Positions 53,569 to 64,000 are shown, counted from the stretch's first letter. The stretch is 64,000 nt of DNA from Elainellaceae cyanobacterium (GCA_051117555.1 JBNPEG010000048.1:72267-136266); one strand, 5' to 3'. Program-made: numbers and translations. The notes: generated from the letters alone by a model not told the origin.

Positions 53569-54144
53569 ATGCCAAATCGTAGATGTGTGGTCAGAACTGG
53601 CGGTAGTTTAATCATTCTTGTAGGGCTGTCGCTGATGGGGTGTCAGTCGAGCGATCGCCCCGAGGTGCAGTTATCGGAATCGGTGAAATCCATGAATTTA
53701 GAGAGCGCTGCGTTTTCTCAGGAGGAAATGATTCCCCCCAAATATACCTGCGATGGCCAAGACATATCTCCGCCGTTGAGTTGGGATACACCGCCCGACG
53801 GAACTGAAAGTCTAGCTCTGATTGCCGATGATCCAGATGCCCCGTCGGGTACGTTTGTGCATTGGGTACTCTACAATATGTCGCCTGATGTTCAACAACT
53901 GCCAGAAGGTGCAACCGATTCAATAGGTTCGACGGGCGGAGTTCAGGGCAAGAGCGATTTCGGTAAGCAGGGGTATGGAGGACCCTGCCCACCCGGAGGG
54001 ACTCACCGCTATTTCTTTAAGCTTTATGCGCTTGATACCAAGCTAGACCTGGAACCCGGCGCAACGAAAGCCGATGTTGTTGAGGCAATGGAAGGTCATA
54101 TTTTGGCAAATGCAGAATTAATGGCTCGCTATAGCCGTCAGTGA
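53569..54144 (+). CDS. YbhB/YbcL family (PEBP/Raf kinase inhibitor-like) protein
   Basis: YTCDG.DISPPL, DDPDAP, HWV, YGGPCPP, HRYFF. Confidence 0.92.
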   Translation: MPNRRCVVRTGGSLIILVGLSLMGCQSSDRPEVQLSESVKSMNLESAAFSQEEMIPPKYTCDGQDISPPLSWDTPPDGTESLALIADDPDAPSGTFVHWVLYNMSPDVQQLPEGATDSIGSTGGVQGKSDFGKQGYGGPCPPGGTHRYFFKLYALDTKLDLEPGATKADVVEAMEGHILANAELMARYSRQ

Positions 54145-54197
54145 TTCATCAGTGATTCCGATGGCATGATAGAGGCTAGTTTAATGAGCCTGCTCCG

Positions 54198-55385
54198 ATG
54201 CATAAATTTATTTGGTTAGTTTCAGGTCAGACGATTTCGTTGCGCCGGTGGATCGCGGGTGGCGCGATCGCCCTGTGGGTCTTTTTATCAGGATGCTCTC
54301 TGCCTCGGGTGAGTGCAGAAGAGAGAATTTTTCTGACTGTGTCGCTGGATTTTTTAGACGCCTACGAACTGCCTAACGTCGAGTTTGAAGACACTCCCGT
54401 TCGGGGACTTTCGGGTATTACTTACGACCGAGCGCGCGATCGCATCTATGCGGTGTCAGATGATCGGGGCGATCGCGCGCCTGCTCGGTTTTATACGCTA
54501 ACGTTCACAGTCGGTCAAACAGAGGATAATCGTCCGTGTATCGACGGAGTTGAGGTGGAAACCGTCACCTTTCTGCTCAACGAAATGGGGGACACCTTTG
54601 CACCTGGCACAGTCGATCCAGAAGGCATCGCAGTGTCACCTCGGCAATCTGTGTTTATTTCTAGCGAAGGCGTCGCTGATGATGGGATTCCACCGTTTAT
54701 TGACGAATTTGATCTAGAAACCGGGCAATGGAAAAGTCGATTGCCCGTTCCGGAGCGCTATCTTCCCCGCACCGTAGATGACCAAGCTCAAGGGGTGAGA
54801 GATAACCGAGGCTTCGAAGCCTTGACTCTAAAAGCAGCAGGGTTTCGATCGGGTGAGCCGTTTCGGGTGTTTTCTGCGATTGAAGAACCCCTCCAACAAG
54901 ATCCGCTTCCAGAGGAGGATGGGCAGTCGTCTCCGGGGCGAATCCTGCATTACGTCGTTGGAGACGAGCGATCGCTCTTGATTGCAGAACATTTATATCC
55001 GATTGACCCAGAGCCTCCCGGTGCCGTCATCAATGGGCTAGTCGAACTGGTTGCCCTTGACCTAGGCGGGCATTTTTTGAGTCTAGAGCGATCGTTTGGC
55101 ATCTTTGGCAATGGAGCCCGCATCTTTCAGCTCGCCATGGGGGGAGCCACTGACACCTCTGGAATGACCCAATTTGGAACAAACCTAGGCCGCATTCAAC
55201 CCGTTCAAAAACGACTATTGCTTGATCTCACTGATTTGGATATTTCCCTTGATAATCTAGAAGGGATGACCCTCGGCCCTCGCCTTCCTGACGGAACACA
55301 AAGTGTGGTGCTGGTGAGTGACGATAATTTTAACGAAACACAAGTGACTCAGTTTTTGTTGTTCAGACTTCAGGGTGTACAGTAG
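54198..55385 (+). CDS. Esterase-like activity of phytase family protein
   Basis: Lipobox, GLSGITYD, VSDD, DPEGI, N.GFEAL, DNLEG, VSDDNF. Confidence 0.88.
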   Translation: MHKFIWLVSGQTISLRRWIAGGAIALWVFLSGCSLPRVSAEERIFLTVSLDFLDAYELPNVEFEDTPVRGLSGITYDRARDRIYAVSDDRGDRAPARFYTLTFTVGQTEDNRPCIDGVEVETVTFLLNEMGDTFAPGTVDPEGIAVSPRQSVFISSEGVADDGIPPFIDEFDLETGQWKSRLPVPERYLPRTVDDQAQGVRDNRGFEALTLKAAGFRSGEPFRVFSAIEEPLQQDPLPEEDGQSSPGRILHYVVGDERSLLIAEHLYPIDPEPPGAVINGLVELVALDLGGHFLSLERSFGIFGNGARIFQLAMGGATDTSGMTQFGTNLGRIQPVQKRLLLDLTDLDISLDNLEGMTLGPRLPDGTQSVVLVSDDNFNETQVTQFLLFRLQGVQ

Positions 55386-55604
55386 AACACCTGTCTGGGA
55401 CTTGTCCCGGCCTGAAACGTTCCTTGTTATGATAAATCCTTGTTGATCGGATTAATTATTTAATGCTTTGCATCATTCAGAGCCCGGAGAGTCGCATTTG
55501 AGCGGCTGTTTTGATTAGTGATTTAACTAATCGGGAGTCGGGTGAGGGATGGGTGTTCAATAACAATTTGGCTTTAAACTGGCTTTCAATAGGCGTTATC
55601 TCTT

Positions 55605-57485
55605 ATGCAACCTCCTATTTCTCTCGGAGCTGTTCTGCAAAATCGCTATCGTGTCCTGAGTATCTTAGGTCAGGGCGGATTTGGGCGAACGTATCTCGCT
55701 GAAGATCAGGGGCGTTTTAACGAACTGTGTGCGCTAAAAGAATTCATTCCCAGTCAGACTAGCGATTTTGCGATTGAGAAATCGAGAGAACTGTTTCAAC
55801 GAGAAGCAGCTATTTTATATCAAATCCAACATCCGCAGGTTCCTCAGTTTCGAGCGACTTTTGAAGAAGATCAGCGACTATTTCTTGTCCAAGATTATGT
55901 CGAGGGCAAAACATACCGAGATTTGCTGAATGAACGGCAGCTTCACGGCATGGCATTTAATCAAGCAGAAGTCATCCAACTGATTCGTCAACTGCTACCC
56001 GTGCTTGCCCATATCCACAGCAAAGGCATTATTCATCGAGATATTACACCTGACAATATTATTCTTAGACAGCGCGATCAGCTTCCCGTTTTGATTGATT
56101 TTGGCGTCGTCAAAGATATTGCCAAGATTGTGACTCAGGTTCAAAGTTCGACGGCTCGTCAGTCAACCACGGTGGGAAAGTTGGGGTATGCGCCCAGTGA
56201 GCAAATGCAAACCGGACGAGCCTATCCCAGCAGTGATTTTTATGCGCTGGCAGTGACATCGGTGGTGCTGCTGACGGGGAAAGAGCCACAAGACCTCTAC
56301 GATGACTCTCTGCTTACGTGGCACTGGCAACAATGGGCACGGGTGAGTCCTGCGTTTGCACAGGTGCTCAATCGCATGCTGAGCTATCGCCCTGGCGATC
56401 GCTACCAAACTGCCAGTGAGGTAGAGCAAGCCCTGCAACAGATCACTCATGCACCAATGCCGCCTCCAGCGACTCAGACTCAGCCCCACGGCAGCGATAC
56501 CGTGTCTCGAATGCAAACCATCGCCGTGGGGCGACGACCCGAGCCAACCGGATATAGCGGCTATGCTCCTCCGCCTAGCCGTCCTCAGCGCGCGGGGCCA
56601 ACGATTCCGCGTCCCAATGAGCAATCTGTGTGGGATAACCCGTGGGCTGTGTTCGCGATTGGCACTGGATTGGCGATCGTGACGGGGGTAACAGCCTGGG
56701 CAATTATCACAGCTATTTTGGATGCGCCTCCTGAGACTCCCATTGCTAGCCCAACTCCATCGCCGACTGAAGCGACCCCCTCACCCACCCCGACGAGGGG
56801 CGATCGCCCCGTTGAATATCAGCAGCAGTTGAATCTTGCGCCTGGTAGCAGCACGACGACCGAAGGCAATTTGCAAGCTGGAGAAACGATTAACTATATA
56901 ATCGCCGCTGAGGAAGGAGAAACGCTTAGCGCCTATGTCGAAAGCGAGGGAGTTTTGTTGACGGTGCTAGCTCCCGATGGGGAGCCTGTGGATAATCGAG
57001 CTGAACGCGTTTCGCTGTGGGAAGGCACCGTGTCTGCTACAGGCGACTACACAGTTCAACTGAGCCCAGTCCGGGGGTTATCCCAAAGTGACTACCAATT
57101 AAATGTAGCGCTAGAGCCTGCCCCAGAACCGTCTCCGTCTCCAACGCCGTCACCAAGCCCCACACCCGTTGAGCCAGAAATCGAAACTCGACGGCTAAAT
57201 GTTCCGGTTGGAGAGTCGCCGATTGAAGTGTCAGGCAGAGCTAGCGGAGACCTCATTCGCCGTTACTTGATCACAGCTCAAGAAGATCAGGTTCTGAGTG
57301 TTGAATTATTAGAAGGTCCTGTGAGTTTAAATATTCGCTATCCTGACGGAGACTTGATTGAAGATGCCAGTCGAGTCGTATTTTGGCAGGCTCAGTTGCC
57401 GGAGAGTGGTGATTATCAAGTTGATGTGATCGCAACTCAACCGTCTAACTTTACGCTAGAAGTTAGCGTTGAAAATGTGGAGTAA
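55605..57485 (+). CDS. Transmembrane Ser/Thr protein kinase with two C-terminal PPC-like domains
   Basis: GQGGFG, HRDITPDN, DFG; TM; Pro/Ser linkers; repeated Y...A..G..LS/GDY.V domains. Confidence 0.9.
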   Translation: MQPPISLGAVLQNRYRVLSILGQGGFGRTYLAEDQGRFNELCALKEFIPSQTSDFAIEKSRELFQREAAILYQIQHPQVPQFRATFEEDQRLFLVQDYVEGKTYRDLLNERQLHGMAFNQAEVIQLIRQLLPVLAHIHSKGIIHRDITPDNIILRQRDQLPVLIDFGVVKDIAKIVTQVQSSTARQSTTVGKLGYAPSEQMQTGRAYPSSDFYALAVTSVVLLTGKEPQDLYDDSLLTWHWQQWARVSPAFAQVLNRMLSYRPGDRYQTASEVEQALQQITHAPMPPPATQTQPHGSDTVSRMQTIAVGRRPEPTGYSGYAPPPSRPQRAGPTIPRPNEQSVWDNPWAVFAIGTGLAIVTGVTAWAIITAILDAPPETPIASPTPSPTEATPSPTPTRGDRPVEYQQQLNLAPGSSTTTEGNLQAGETINYIIAAEEGETLSAYVESEGVLLTVLAPDGEPVDNRAERVSLWEGTVSATGDYTVQLSPVRGLSQSDYQLNVALEPAPEPSPSPTPSPSPTPVEPEIETRRLNVPVGESPIEVSGRASGDLIRRYLITAQEDQVLSVELLEGPVSLNIRYPDGDLIEDASRVVFWQAQLPESGDYQVDVIATQPSNFTLEVSVENVE

Positions 57486-57488
57486 GCG

Positions 57489-58196
57489 TTGAATACCGTA
57501 TTCATCACCGGAACTGATCATGCCGTGGGGAAAACCGTTGTGCTCTCGGCACTGGCTGCCTACTGGACGATATACTGCGCGGATCGAAGTCTCGGCATCT
57601 TGAAACCGATTCAAACGGGAGCGGGCGATCGCGAATTTTATACTCGACTCTTTTCTCTCGATCAATCGATTCAAGACATTAACCCGATTTATTTTGAAGC
57701 CCCTCTGCCCCCTCCAATTGCGGCTAAGCGAGAAGGACGTCGCGTTGAGTTAGACATCGCGTGGCAGCAGTTAAATTCGCTTCAACAGCAGCGAGACTGG
57801 GTATTCATGGAGGCGTGGGGTGGATTAGGCTCTCCGCTGACCTCCGAAACAACGGTGGCCGATCTGGCCTGGGATTGGCGATTACCGACGGTCTTGGTGG
57901 TGCCAGTTAGGGCAGGGGCAATTGGACAGGCGATCGCCCATGTTGCGCTTGCACGTCAGTGTCGGCTTCATCTCAGAGGCATTGTTCTCAACTGCATCGA
58001 GCCTGAGTCTGAACAGCATCAAGCCGATTGGGCACCGATCAAACTGATTCAATCGCTGACTCAGACGCCGGTAATTGGGTGCATTCCCCACGTCGCAGAT
58101 CCAAGCAATATTCAAACCCTAGCGGCGATCGCCTCGAATCTGGACATCGAGCGCCTCATCCCAAACGTGATGTCTGCGATGACGAGTGCCCGCTAG
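57489..58196 (+). CDS. bioD: Dethiobiotin synthase
   Basis: FITGTD..VGKT, KPIQTG, GGLGSP, RGIVLN. Confidence 0.85.
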   Translation: MNTVFITGTDHAVGKTVVLSALAAYWTIYCADRSLGILKPIQTGAGDREFYTRLFSLDQSIQDINPIYFEAPLPPPIAAKREGRRVELDIAWQQLNSLQQQRDWVFMEAWGGLGSPLTSETTVADLAWDWRLPTVLVVPVRAGAIGQAIAHVALARQCRLHLRGIVLNCIEPESEQHQADWAPIKLIQSLTQTPVIGCIPHVADPSNIQTLAAIASNLDIERLIPNVMSAMTSAR

Positions 58197-58445
58197 TAAT
58201 GCCCCGCAAGACCTGGAGCAAGACTGGGAAACGGACATTCCGTGATCCCGTGATACTGAATTCTGACCCCACTATCTGGAATGCTGGAGATTAGACTCAT
58301 CGAAGGATATCCATGAAATGGCCTATCTCATATTCGTAATGATCTCATACTCTTAATGGATAGAGGTGCGAGACTCAGCCGATAGAATAGGGCATCCTCG
58401 ATAATCAGCCTGTTCGATTTTAGTATTCACAGCAATAAAAGCACT

Positions 58446-59657
58446 ATGGTATCAACTCCTGTTAAAATGTCGGTCGATTCATCTCAGATTCGACCTGAAA
58501 TTAGAACCTTACAACCTCGTCTTAGTGAGTGGCGACGTAGACTCCATCAGCGTCCTGAATTAGGCTTTCAAGAACATCTCACATCCCAGTTTGTGGCTCA
58601 AAAACTCAGTGAATGGGGCATCGATCATCAAACTGGGATTGCGAAAACTGGAATCACAGCCGTCATATCCGGTAATCAGCCGGGGCCTGTTTTGGCAATC
58701 CGTGCCGATATGGATGCATTGCCTATTCAAGAGGCCAATGACGTACCCTATCGGTCACAACATGATGGGGTGATGCACGCGTGCGGTCATGATGGGCATA
58801 CGGCGATCGCCCTAGGGACTGCCTATTTTCTTTCTCAACATCGAAATTTTCCAGGAACGGTCAAGTTTATCTTTCAACCTGCTGAAGAAGGTCCGGGGGG
58901 TGCAAAGCCTATGATTGAGGCAGGTGTGCTCAAAAATCCAGATGTGGACGCCATTATTGGGTTACACCTATGGAATAATCTTCCGCTCGGCGCGGTTGGG
59001 GTGCGGAGCGGAGCGCTGATGGCCGCCGTCGAACTCTTTGACTGCACGATTCAGGGAAAGGGCGGGCACGGTGCCATGCCGCATCAGACTATCGATTCTA
59101 TCTTGGTTAGTGCTCACATTGTCACAGCCTTACAGAGCATCGTGGCGCGTAATCTCGACCCGGTTAAATCAGGGGTCGTAACGGTAGGTAAACTTCATGC
59201 AGGTGATGCCTTTAATGTGATTGCTGATACGGCTCAGTTTGGCGGTACGGTCCGTTATTTTGACCCAGCACTCGATGGTTTCTTTAAAGAGCGCGTTGAG
59301 CGCGTCATTGCCGGTATCTGCGAAAGCCACGGCGCGCACTATATGCTCGACTATTGGCAATTCTATCCACCGACGATCAATCATCCTGACATGGCGAATT
59401 TGGTACGCTCAGTCGCCGAGCAAGTGGTTGAGACACCCGCAGGGGTTGTTCCCGAATGTCAGACGATGGGAGGTGAAGATATGTCATTCTTCTTACAAGA
59501 AGTTCCGGGATGCTATTTCTTTTTAGGCTCTGCCAATGCCGATCGAGGACTTGCCTATCCCCACCATCATCCCCGGTTTGATTTTGACGAAACAGCCTTG
59601 GGCACGGGGGTTGAGATGTTTGTCCGCTGTGTCGAGCGCTTTATGCAGCAGCGGTAA
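58446..59657 (+). CDS. M20 family amidohydrolase
   Basis: RADMDAL, MHACGHD, FQPAEE, GGHGAMPH, GGEDM, HHHP. Confidence 0.92.
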   Translation: MVSTPVKMSVDSSQIRPEIRTLQPRLSEWRRRLHQRPELGFQEHLTSQFVAQKLSEWGIDHQTGIAKTGITAVISGNQPGPVLAIRADMDALPIQEANDVPYRSQHDGVMHACGHDGHTAIALGTAYFLSQHRNFPGTVKFIFQPAEEGPGGAKPMIEAGVLKNPDVDAIIGLHLWNNLPLGAVGVRSGALMAAVELFDCTIQGKGGHGAMPHQTIDSILVSAHIVTALQSIVARNLDPVKSGVVTVGKLHAGDAFNVIADTAQFGGTVRYFDPALDGFFKERVERVIAGICESHGAHYMLDYWQFYPPTINHPDMANLVRSVAEQVVETPAGVVPECQTMGGEDMSFFLQEVPGCYFFLGSANADRGLAYPHHHPRFDFDETALGTGVEMFVRCVERFMQQR

Positions 59658-59826
59658 TCGTAGCAGACCGACACGAAGTTTAGTCAAGACTGCATTTAAT
59701 CAAGAATTTAGAGAGCATGGTGTTTTAAGATAAGGGGCGATCGCGGTCTGGCATTCAATCAACAGCGATTGTGCATAACGGGCGATCGCCCCATCCCATC
59801 TTCTTTCTAGCTGCATTTGGCTCAAC

Positions 59827-60492
59827 GTGATGACGTACCGTAATCCCTATCGAACCCCACCAGACGACGCTCCATCCAGTTCAGATCCGGATGAATTAGG
59901 TCGCCTACTTGACTTGATGCCTGCTTCAGGACGAATGACCTGTAAATTGGTCAGTCGCCCGGAGCAGCGGGACGTGATTAACGCTCAGTTTCCGGTGCCG
60001 TGGAATCAAAATCGGCTGATTGCGATTAACTTTAATCTATGGAATCAGCTTCCCCGACCTCAGCGAGATCTGCTCTTTTTGCGAACGGTTAGCTGGGTCA
60101 TCGGAATCCGCTGGCTCAAATTCGACCTCTATCAAGGGGGAGTCGTAGTAGGTCTGCTCGGCACGTTGGTGGAGCTATTTCAGGGCGATGCAATGGGCGT
60201 GCTTGCTGCCGGAGGATTGACAGCATTAGCAGGCACTCAAATTTGGCGCAAAACTCGCAGTGCTCAAACCGAATTAGAGGCTGATGAAGCTGCCATTCGC
60301 ATTGCTCAGCGGCGGAGCTACACCGAAGTCGATGCCGCCCGCCACCTCCAGGCCGCAATTGAGGCAGTGGCTCGTCTCGAGGGTCGCCCTAGCCTAAGTT
60401 TTACAGAATTGCTGAGAAATCAAAACCTCAGGGCGATCGCTGGCTTGTCGCCTATGGGCGTTCCGCAAAACGTGAGGAATCAAGAAGGCTGA
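59827..60492 (+). CDS. DUF3318 family protein
   Basis: RLLDLMPASGRM, RDLLFLR, ELEADE, ELLRNQNLR. Confidence 0.8.
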   Translation: MMTYRNPYRTPPDDAPSSSDPDELGRLLDLMPASGRMTCKLVSRPEQRDVINAQFPVPWNQNRLIAINFNLWNQLPRPQRDLLFLRTVSWVIGIRWLKFDLYQGGVVVGLLGTLVELFQGDAMGVLAAGGLTALAGTQIWRKTRSAQTELEADEAAIRIAQRRSYTEVDAARHLQAAIEAVARLEGRPSLSFTELLRNQNLRAIAGLSPMGVPQNVRNQEG

Positions 60493-60511
60493 TAGCGGAT
60501 AGCTAAACAAC

Positions 60512-61237
60512 TTAAAACCGACTTCCTAAAAGCCGTTGCCTCATCCCTTCTGCAATTTTCTGGCCTAAATATTCTGGAATCAAGTTCTCGTTCGGTCCAA
60601 GCAAATATAGAATGAGGCGCGTTCTCCCACGCCAAACAAGCAAATTTGCGTTAACAACAAGCAAATCTTCTTGCCAAATAGCATACATAACCTTGTAAAA
60701 CAGCCCAGGTTGGTTGTCGGCTTCAATCAGCAAAGCGGGTAGATGAAACACGGGGTCAACATAAAACTCTGTTTCAACCTGTTCTAGCCCTGCATCTAGA
60801 TTAAATTCGACTGCCAGCATTTCCTCAACTTCAAATCGACCCGCTAAGGCTTCCCGAATCGCACGACATACATTGTCTGATGTTTTTTCAGTCAGCGCCT
60901 TGCCTCCCCGCGACACCACCAGCTTGATAAAAACCAGCATGGGAGGATAAATCTGCCCGTATAAACTCAGGCTATGAATGGTTAGCCCATAGGCTGCTAA
61001 TACGCCAAAAATATCGCTAAGCAAAAACGATTGATTACGGTAAGCAAAATGAAGCGCGCTTTTGTTTCCTTCGGGCTTTAGCTCGATGACCACTTGACGA
61101 CTCTTATAGAGCTGATAGGCTAGCCGCAGATTTTGCAACTGAATCTCACTACTGACAAATTGCTCATAAAATTGAGGAAACGCCCGATTGAAACGTTTCA
61201 GCAGATCCAGCGTTGATGACTTTAAACCCGGCGCCAT
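60512..61237 (-). CDS. Conserved hypothetical protein with two ACT-like domains
   Basis: NQSFLLSDIFGVLAAYGLTIHS and ADNQPGLFYKVMYAI ACT-type segments. Confidence 0.75.
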   Translation of the reverse strand: MAPGLKSSTLDLLKRFNRAFPQFYEQFVSSEIQLQNLRLAYQLYKSRQVVIELKPEGNKSALHFAYRNQSFLLSDIFGVLAAYGLTIHSLSLYGQIYPPMLVFIKLVVSRGGKALTEKTSDNVCRAIREALAGRFEVEEMLAVEFNLDAGLEQVETEFYVDPVFHLPALLIEADNQPGLFYKVMYAIWQEDLLVVNANLLVWRGRTRLILYLLGPNENLIPEYLGQKIAEGMRQRLLGSRF

Positions 61238-61602
61238 ATGTTGAGATAACACGAATTTATCAAGCTACAGAATTGGATACGGCGGAAAAATACACTGTTT
61301 ATTAAATAACCCCTAATGTTACGCAAATCTCCACTATAGATCTCTTGATTACATTTCTCTGATTACCCATTCCTAAATCTTGGCATCTCAGATATTTCAA
61401 CGACACCAGCGCACAGAGAGTCTCGCTGATAGCTGATCATTAATGGATTTACCAAAAGCCTAGTCTAGCAGTAGCTTACGCCTATCACACCGTCCTGAAA
61501 ACTTTTGCTTCCCATGTAAGCAATCCCAGATGGATTGTGAGCGATTTTAGGATCGCTATCTTTAATAAGAAGTCTGCAATCTGCAATCATCGTACAGACT
61601 CT

Positions 61603-61648
61603 AAAAAAGCGCACAGACCACAGCTCTAACTAGAGCTATGGTCTGCAC
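61603..61648 (-). terminator. Intrinsic terminator of psaX
   Basis: CAGACCATAGCTCT-AGTT-AGAGCTGTGGTCTG then TTTTTT on the minus strand. Confidence 0.75.
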
Positions 61649-61681
61649 ATTTCAAATCCATTTGGAGTCAGAGCTTAAGAT

Positions 61682-61804
61682 TTATGGATTGATGATGTGG
61701 AAATACATTGCAGCCACTAAGAAATTAATGGCTAGAAAAATGCCCAATCCAATCAAGACATTGGAAGTGCGAGGCGTTATCCGCCCTGAGGTATTGTCTG
61801 CCAT
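61682..61804 (-). CDS. psaX: Photosystem I subunit PsaX
   Basis: 40 aa MADNTSGRITPRTSNVLIGLGIFLAINFLVAAMYFHIINP; LAINFLVAA.YFHII signature; AAGGA RBS; below the ORF-track cutoff. Confidence 0.85.
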   Translation of the reverse strand: MADNTSGRITPRTSNVLIGLGIFLAINFLVAAMYFHIINP

Positions 61805-62382
61805 ATGTAATAATATTCCTTCACTTACGACATTATAAAACTGTTATGTTCATAGTCGAATTAAATCGCTGATTCTGCATCGACCTTCAGGCTTATCCTG
61901 GTGGCTTGCGTAAATTTATCGCGGCAAAGGATTTTTTGCCATGACAAACTATGGCTTCGCACACATGTTCATGAATTGAGAAAATCTTAGAGGGGACTAC
62001 GAACGGTAGCGCTTCGCAAACGACGGGTAAGCGATCGCACAGGGTTTTGAAAAAAAGCGTTCTGCGAGACTGACCAGTCGTGTTCGTGTGGCCTGCGTTT
62101 ACAAGCGACACTTAGCGCGATCGCACAGCGTTCCGAAGCAACGGAGCTTTGTCAGGAGGACGGTAGTAGCAAGGGCAATAAAGAGTCAAGACTTCTAGAG
62201 TCTCCTCTACCGCCCCGCTATACGCTTAAACACCTAAAATTGAATCAGAACCAACCATCAGAATCCCTAAATTGACCTCAAAAATTGATCCAATTATCTG
62301 GTCTAATTTTGATGGGGAAGATTGAATGAGAATATACTAACTAGTACCGCTGTCAACTTGTCATTCACGTCAGTAAGCCTGC

Positions 62383-62904
62383 ATGGGTTTTTGGAAAAGT
62401 CTATTCAATACCTCAGATACAGTGACCGCGCCCCAAACTGGCAAAATTGAGGGGTATGCCGCTCAAGACCCTGCAAATGGCGACGGTTCTCGTATTTTCT
62501 TTAGCACTGATCGAGAGATCGACCTCTACGATCTAGAGGAGTTATGCGATGCCGTCGGTTGGTCGCGTCGTCCTTTACGAAAAGTTAAAAAAGCAATCCA
62601 ACATAGTTTTCTAGTGGTGTCGATGTGGGAGCAGCGTGGCGCTCAGCGTCGTCTCATCGGGTTTTCGCGAGCCACATCGGATCATGCGTTTAATGCCACG
62701 ATTTGGGATGTTGTGGTGCATCCCGATTTTCAGAGTCGAGGCTTGGGAAAGGCATTGATGCGGCAAGTGATTAAAAAGCTGCGAAGTGAAGATATCAGCA
62801 ACATTACCCTGTTTGCTGACCCCCACGTTATAGATTTTTACCGTAGTTTGGGCTTTATGCCCGATCCGGAGGGCATAAAGGGGATGTTTTGGTATCCTGA
62901 TTAG
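62383..62904 (+). CDS. GNAT N-acetyltransferase (Ycf52-like)
   Basis: [41 protein letters not shown]. Confidence 0.9.
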   Translation: MGFWKSLFNTSDTVTAPQTGKIEGYAAQDPANGDGSRIFFSTDREIDLYDLEELCDAVGWSRRPLRKVKKAIQHSFLVVSMWEQRGAQRRLIGFSRATSDHAFNATIWDVVVHPDFQSRGLGKALMRQVIKKLRSEDISNITLFADPHVIDFYRSLGFMPDPEGIKGMFWYPD

Positions 62905-63334
62905 CAATCCATCGGGCTTGCTGAATCCATAGAGACACTTGGTCGAGGGAGGGGCACAGATCTTGGCGTTGCATAGTGGCAACCTGGAGCTTCAAAACCT
63001 GTCGGTGAAGTCTAGGTAGCGAGGTTTGAGCCAGCAACCGAGTTGAACTGACACCGGCATGAAGCACCAAACCGCAATACTGACACCCCACGCTAGGGAC
63101 TCGGGCGAGGTCTGATAGTGCTGACCACTTAGCCACATGTTGCGGATGGACACGGAGCTGAACCGCTAAATTTTGGCGTTGGGCAGGAGTCTGAGTTCGC
63201 TGTAAAAGTTGGCAGGTCGTGTTGATGCCGATTTGAACAAGCTGTTGTTGATGGTCAGCATTTAAGCCCGGCAGATTGAGAATATCCCAATTGCTGGATG
63301 AGAGTGCTTTTGAGTCTGAAGGTCGGGCAGCCAT
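62855..63334 (-). CDS. DUF4332 (helix-hairpin-helix) protein
   Basis: LPGL...[30 protein letters not shown]. Confidence 0.8.
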   Translation of the reverse strand: MAARPSDSKALSSSNWDILNLPGLNADHQQQLVQIGINTTCQLLQRTQTPAQRQNLAVQLRVHPQHVAKWSALSDLARVPSVGCQYCGLVLHAGVSSTRLLAQTSLPRLHRQVLKLQVATMQRQDLCPSLDQVSLWIQQARWIANQDTKTSPLCPPDRA

Positions 63335-63408
63335 GGGAATCAGTGGTAATAAAATAAAGGCGGATAAAGCAGTCAGCAAGCTATACTGCTATAGTATTGA
63401 ATAATATC

Positions 63409-63482
63409 CGGGATGTAGCGCAGCTTGGTAGCGCGCCTGCTTTGGGAGCAGGATGTCGCAGGTTCGAATCCTGTCATCCCGA
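63409..63482 (+). tRNA. trnP: tRNA-Pro(TGG)
   Basis: Acceptor CGGGATG/CATCCCG, anticodon arm CCTGC-TTTGGGA-GCAGG, GGTTCGAATCC T-arm. Confidence 0.97.
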
Positions 63483-63877
63483 TTTAAGCAGAATCGACAA
63501 TTTAACTTATGGCCATTGTGCCCCCGATGCCGGAGGCTTATGTGGAATGAGGAAAATTATGGGAGGTTCGCACGCCAAAAATTAGCAGCCAAGGTGAATA
63601 AGCTCTAGGGCGATCGCACCAGTACAGCCTTTACTCGTCAAAAAATGCTGTTTCGGATGATCAATCTCTCCATCCGCAATCTTCAAACAACTTAACCTTG
63701 GCTGAAACCAATATGCTTCAAATTTCGCGCCATAGCCCAGAATCGAGGCAATATAACAGAAGTCTTCTGCAAGTTCAGCATCTTTCATGATGCTTTTCAT
63801 AGCCCATCCACTTTCAACGGTCGGTGTGCATGGGCGTTGTTAGCTTGCGTCTGCTACTTGTGAATAGGGATTGCTTA

Positions 63878-64000
63878 TACCAATTCCCGGAAGACATGCA
63901 CTAAATTAGGAATTGATGATGATCTTGAGTACATCTGATGGCGAACAAGTTTGTGGTCACGATTGAGGAAAGTTTGGATGCGATCAAGCAGCGACTGAAG
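63878..64000 (+). mobile_element. Left end of an IS (truncated by window); transposase-like ORF starts at 63938
   Basis: TTA-TACCAATTCCCGGAAG end, then MANKFVVTIEESLDAIKQRLK.., like the N-termini of cyanobacterial IS630-type HTH transposases. Confidence 0.6.

Larger units (their letters stand above)
1..64000. repeat. HIP1 octamer GCGATCGC dispersed throughout (often GGCGATCGCC)
   Basis: Many copies in coding and intergenic DNA; cyanobacterial hallmark. Confidence 0.95.

Noticed and set aside
61638..61838. 66-aa plus-strand ORF
   Set aside because: Antisense shadow of psaX.
63582..63800. Integrated island/prophage downstream of tRNA-Pro
   Set aside because: Only an unrecognised 72-aa ORF and an IS start are visible; no integrase or duplicated tRNA 3' end in the window.

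Overview
This is a chromosomal window from a cyanobacterium, probably a filamentous Leptolyngbya/Oculatella-like lineage. The evidence is very dense HIP1 GCGATCGC, glpX, hemA, psaX, an OCP-NTD protein and a Nif11-type peptide. Most of the window is ordinary core or stress genes (hhoA-type protease, galT, aroE, glpX, hemA, hisC, bioD, two Ser/Thr kinases, a SNF2 helicase, tRNA-Pro), interspersed with several MITE/REP families and an IS start at the right edge. The most interesting locus is 44.4-53.4 kb. It encodes a stand-alone, condensation-less NRPS-like enzyme (A-[N-MT]-T-reductase) whose pocket resembles basic-amino-acid codes. Directly downstream is a dCache hybrid kinase in which the carboxylate-binding Arg of the amino-acid motif appears replaced by Asp, then a REC-kinase. 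This suggests a possible amine signal synthase/receptor system (inference). Also notable are a membrane-anchored HNH-like protein next to a 21/63-bp higher-order tandem array, a TNA-duplicating MITE family whose end matches the IS at the window edge, a candidate structured RNA, and a psaX gene missing from the ORF track. All assignments come from reading the sequence by eye; no searches were run.
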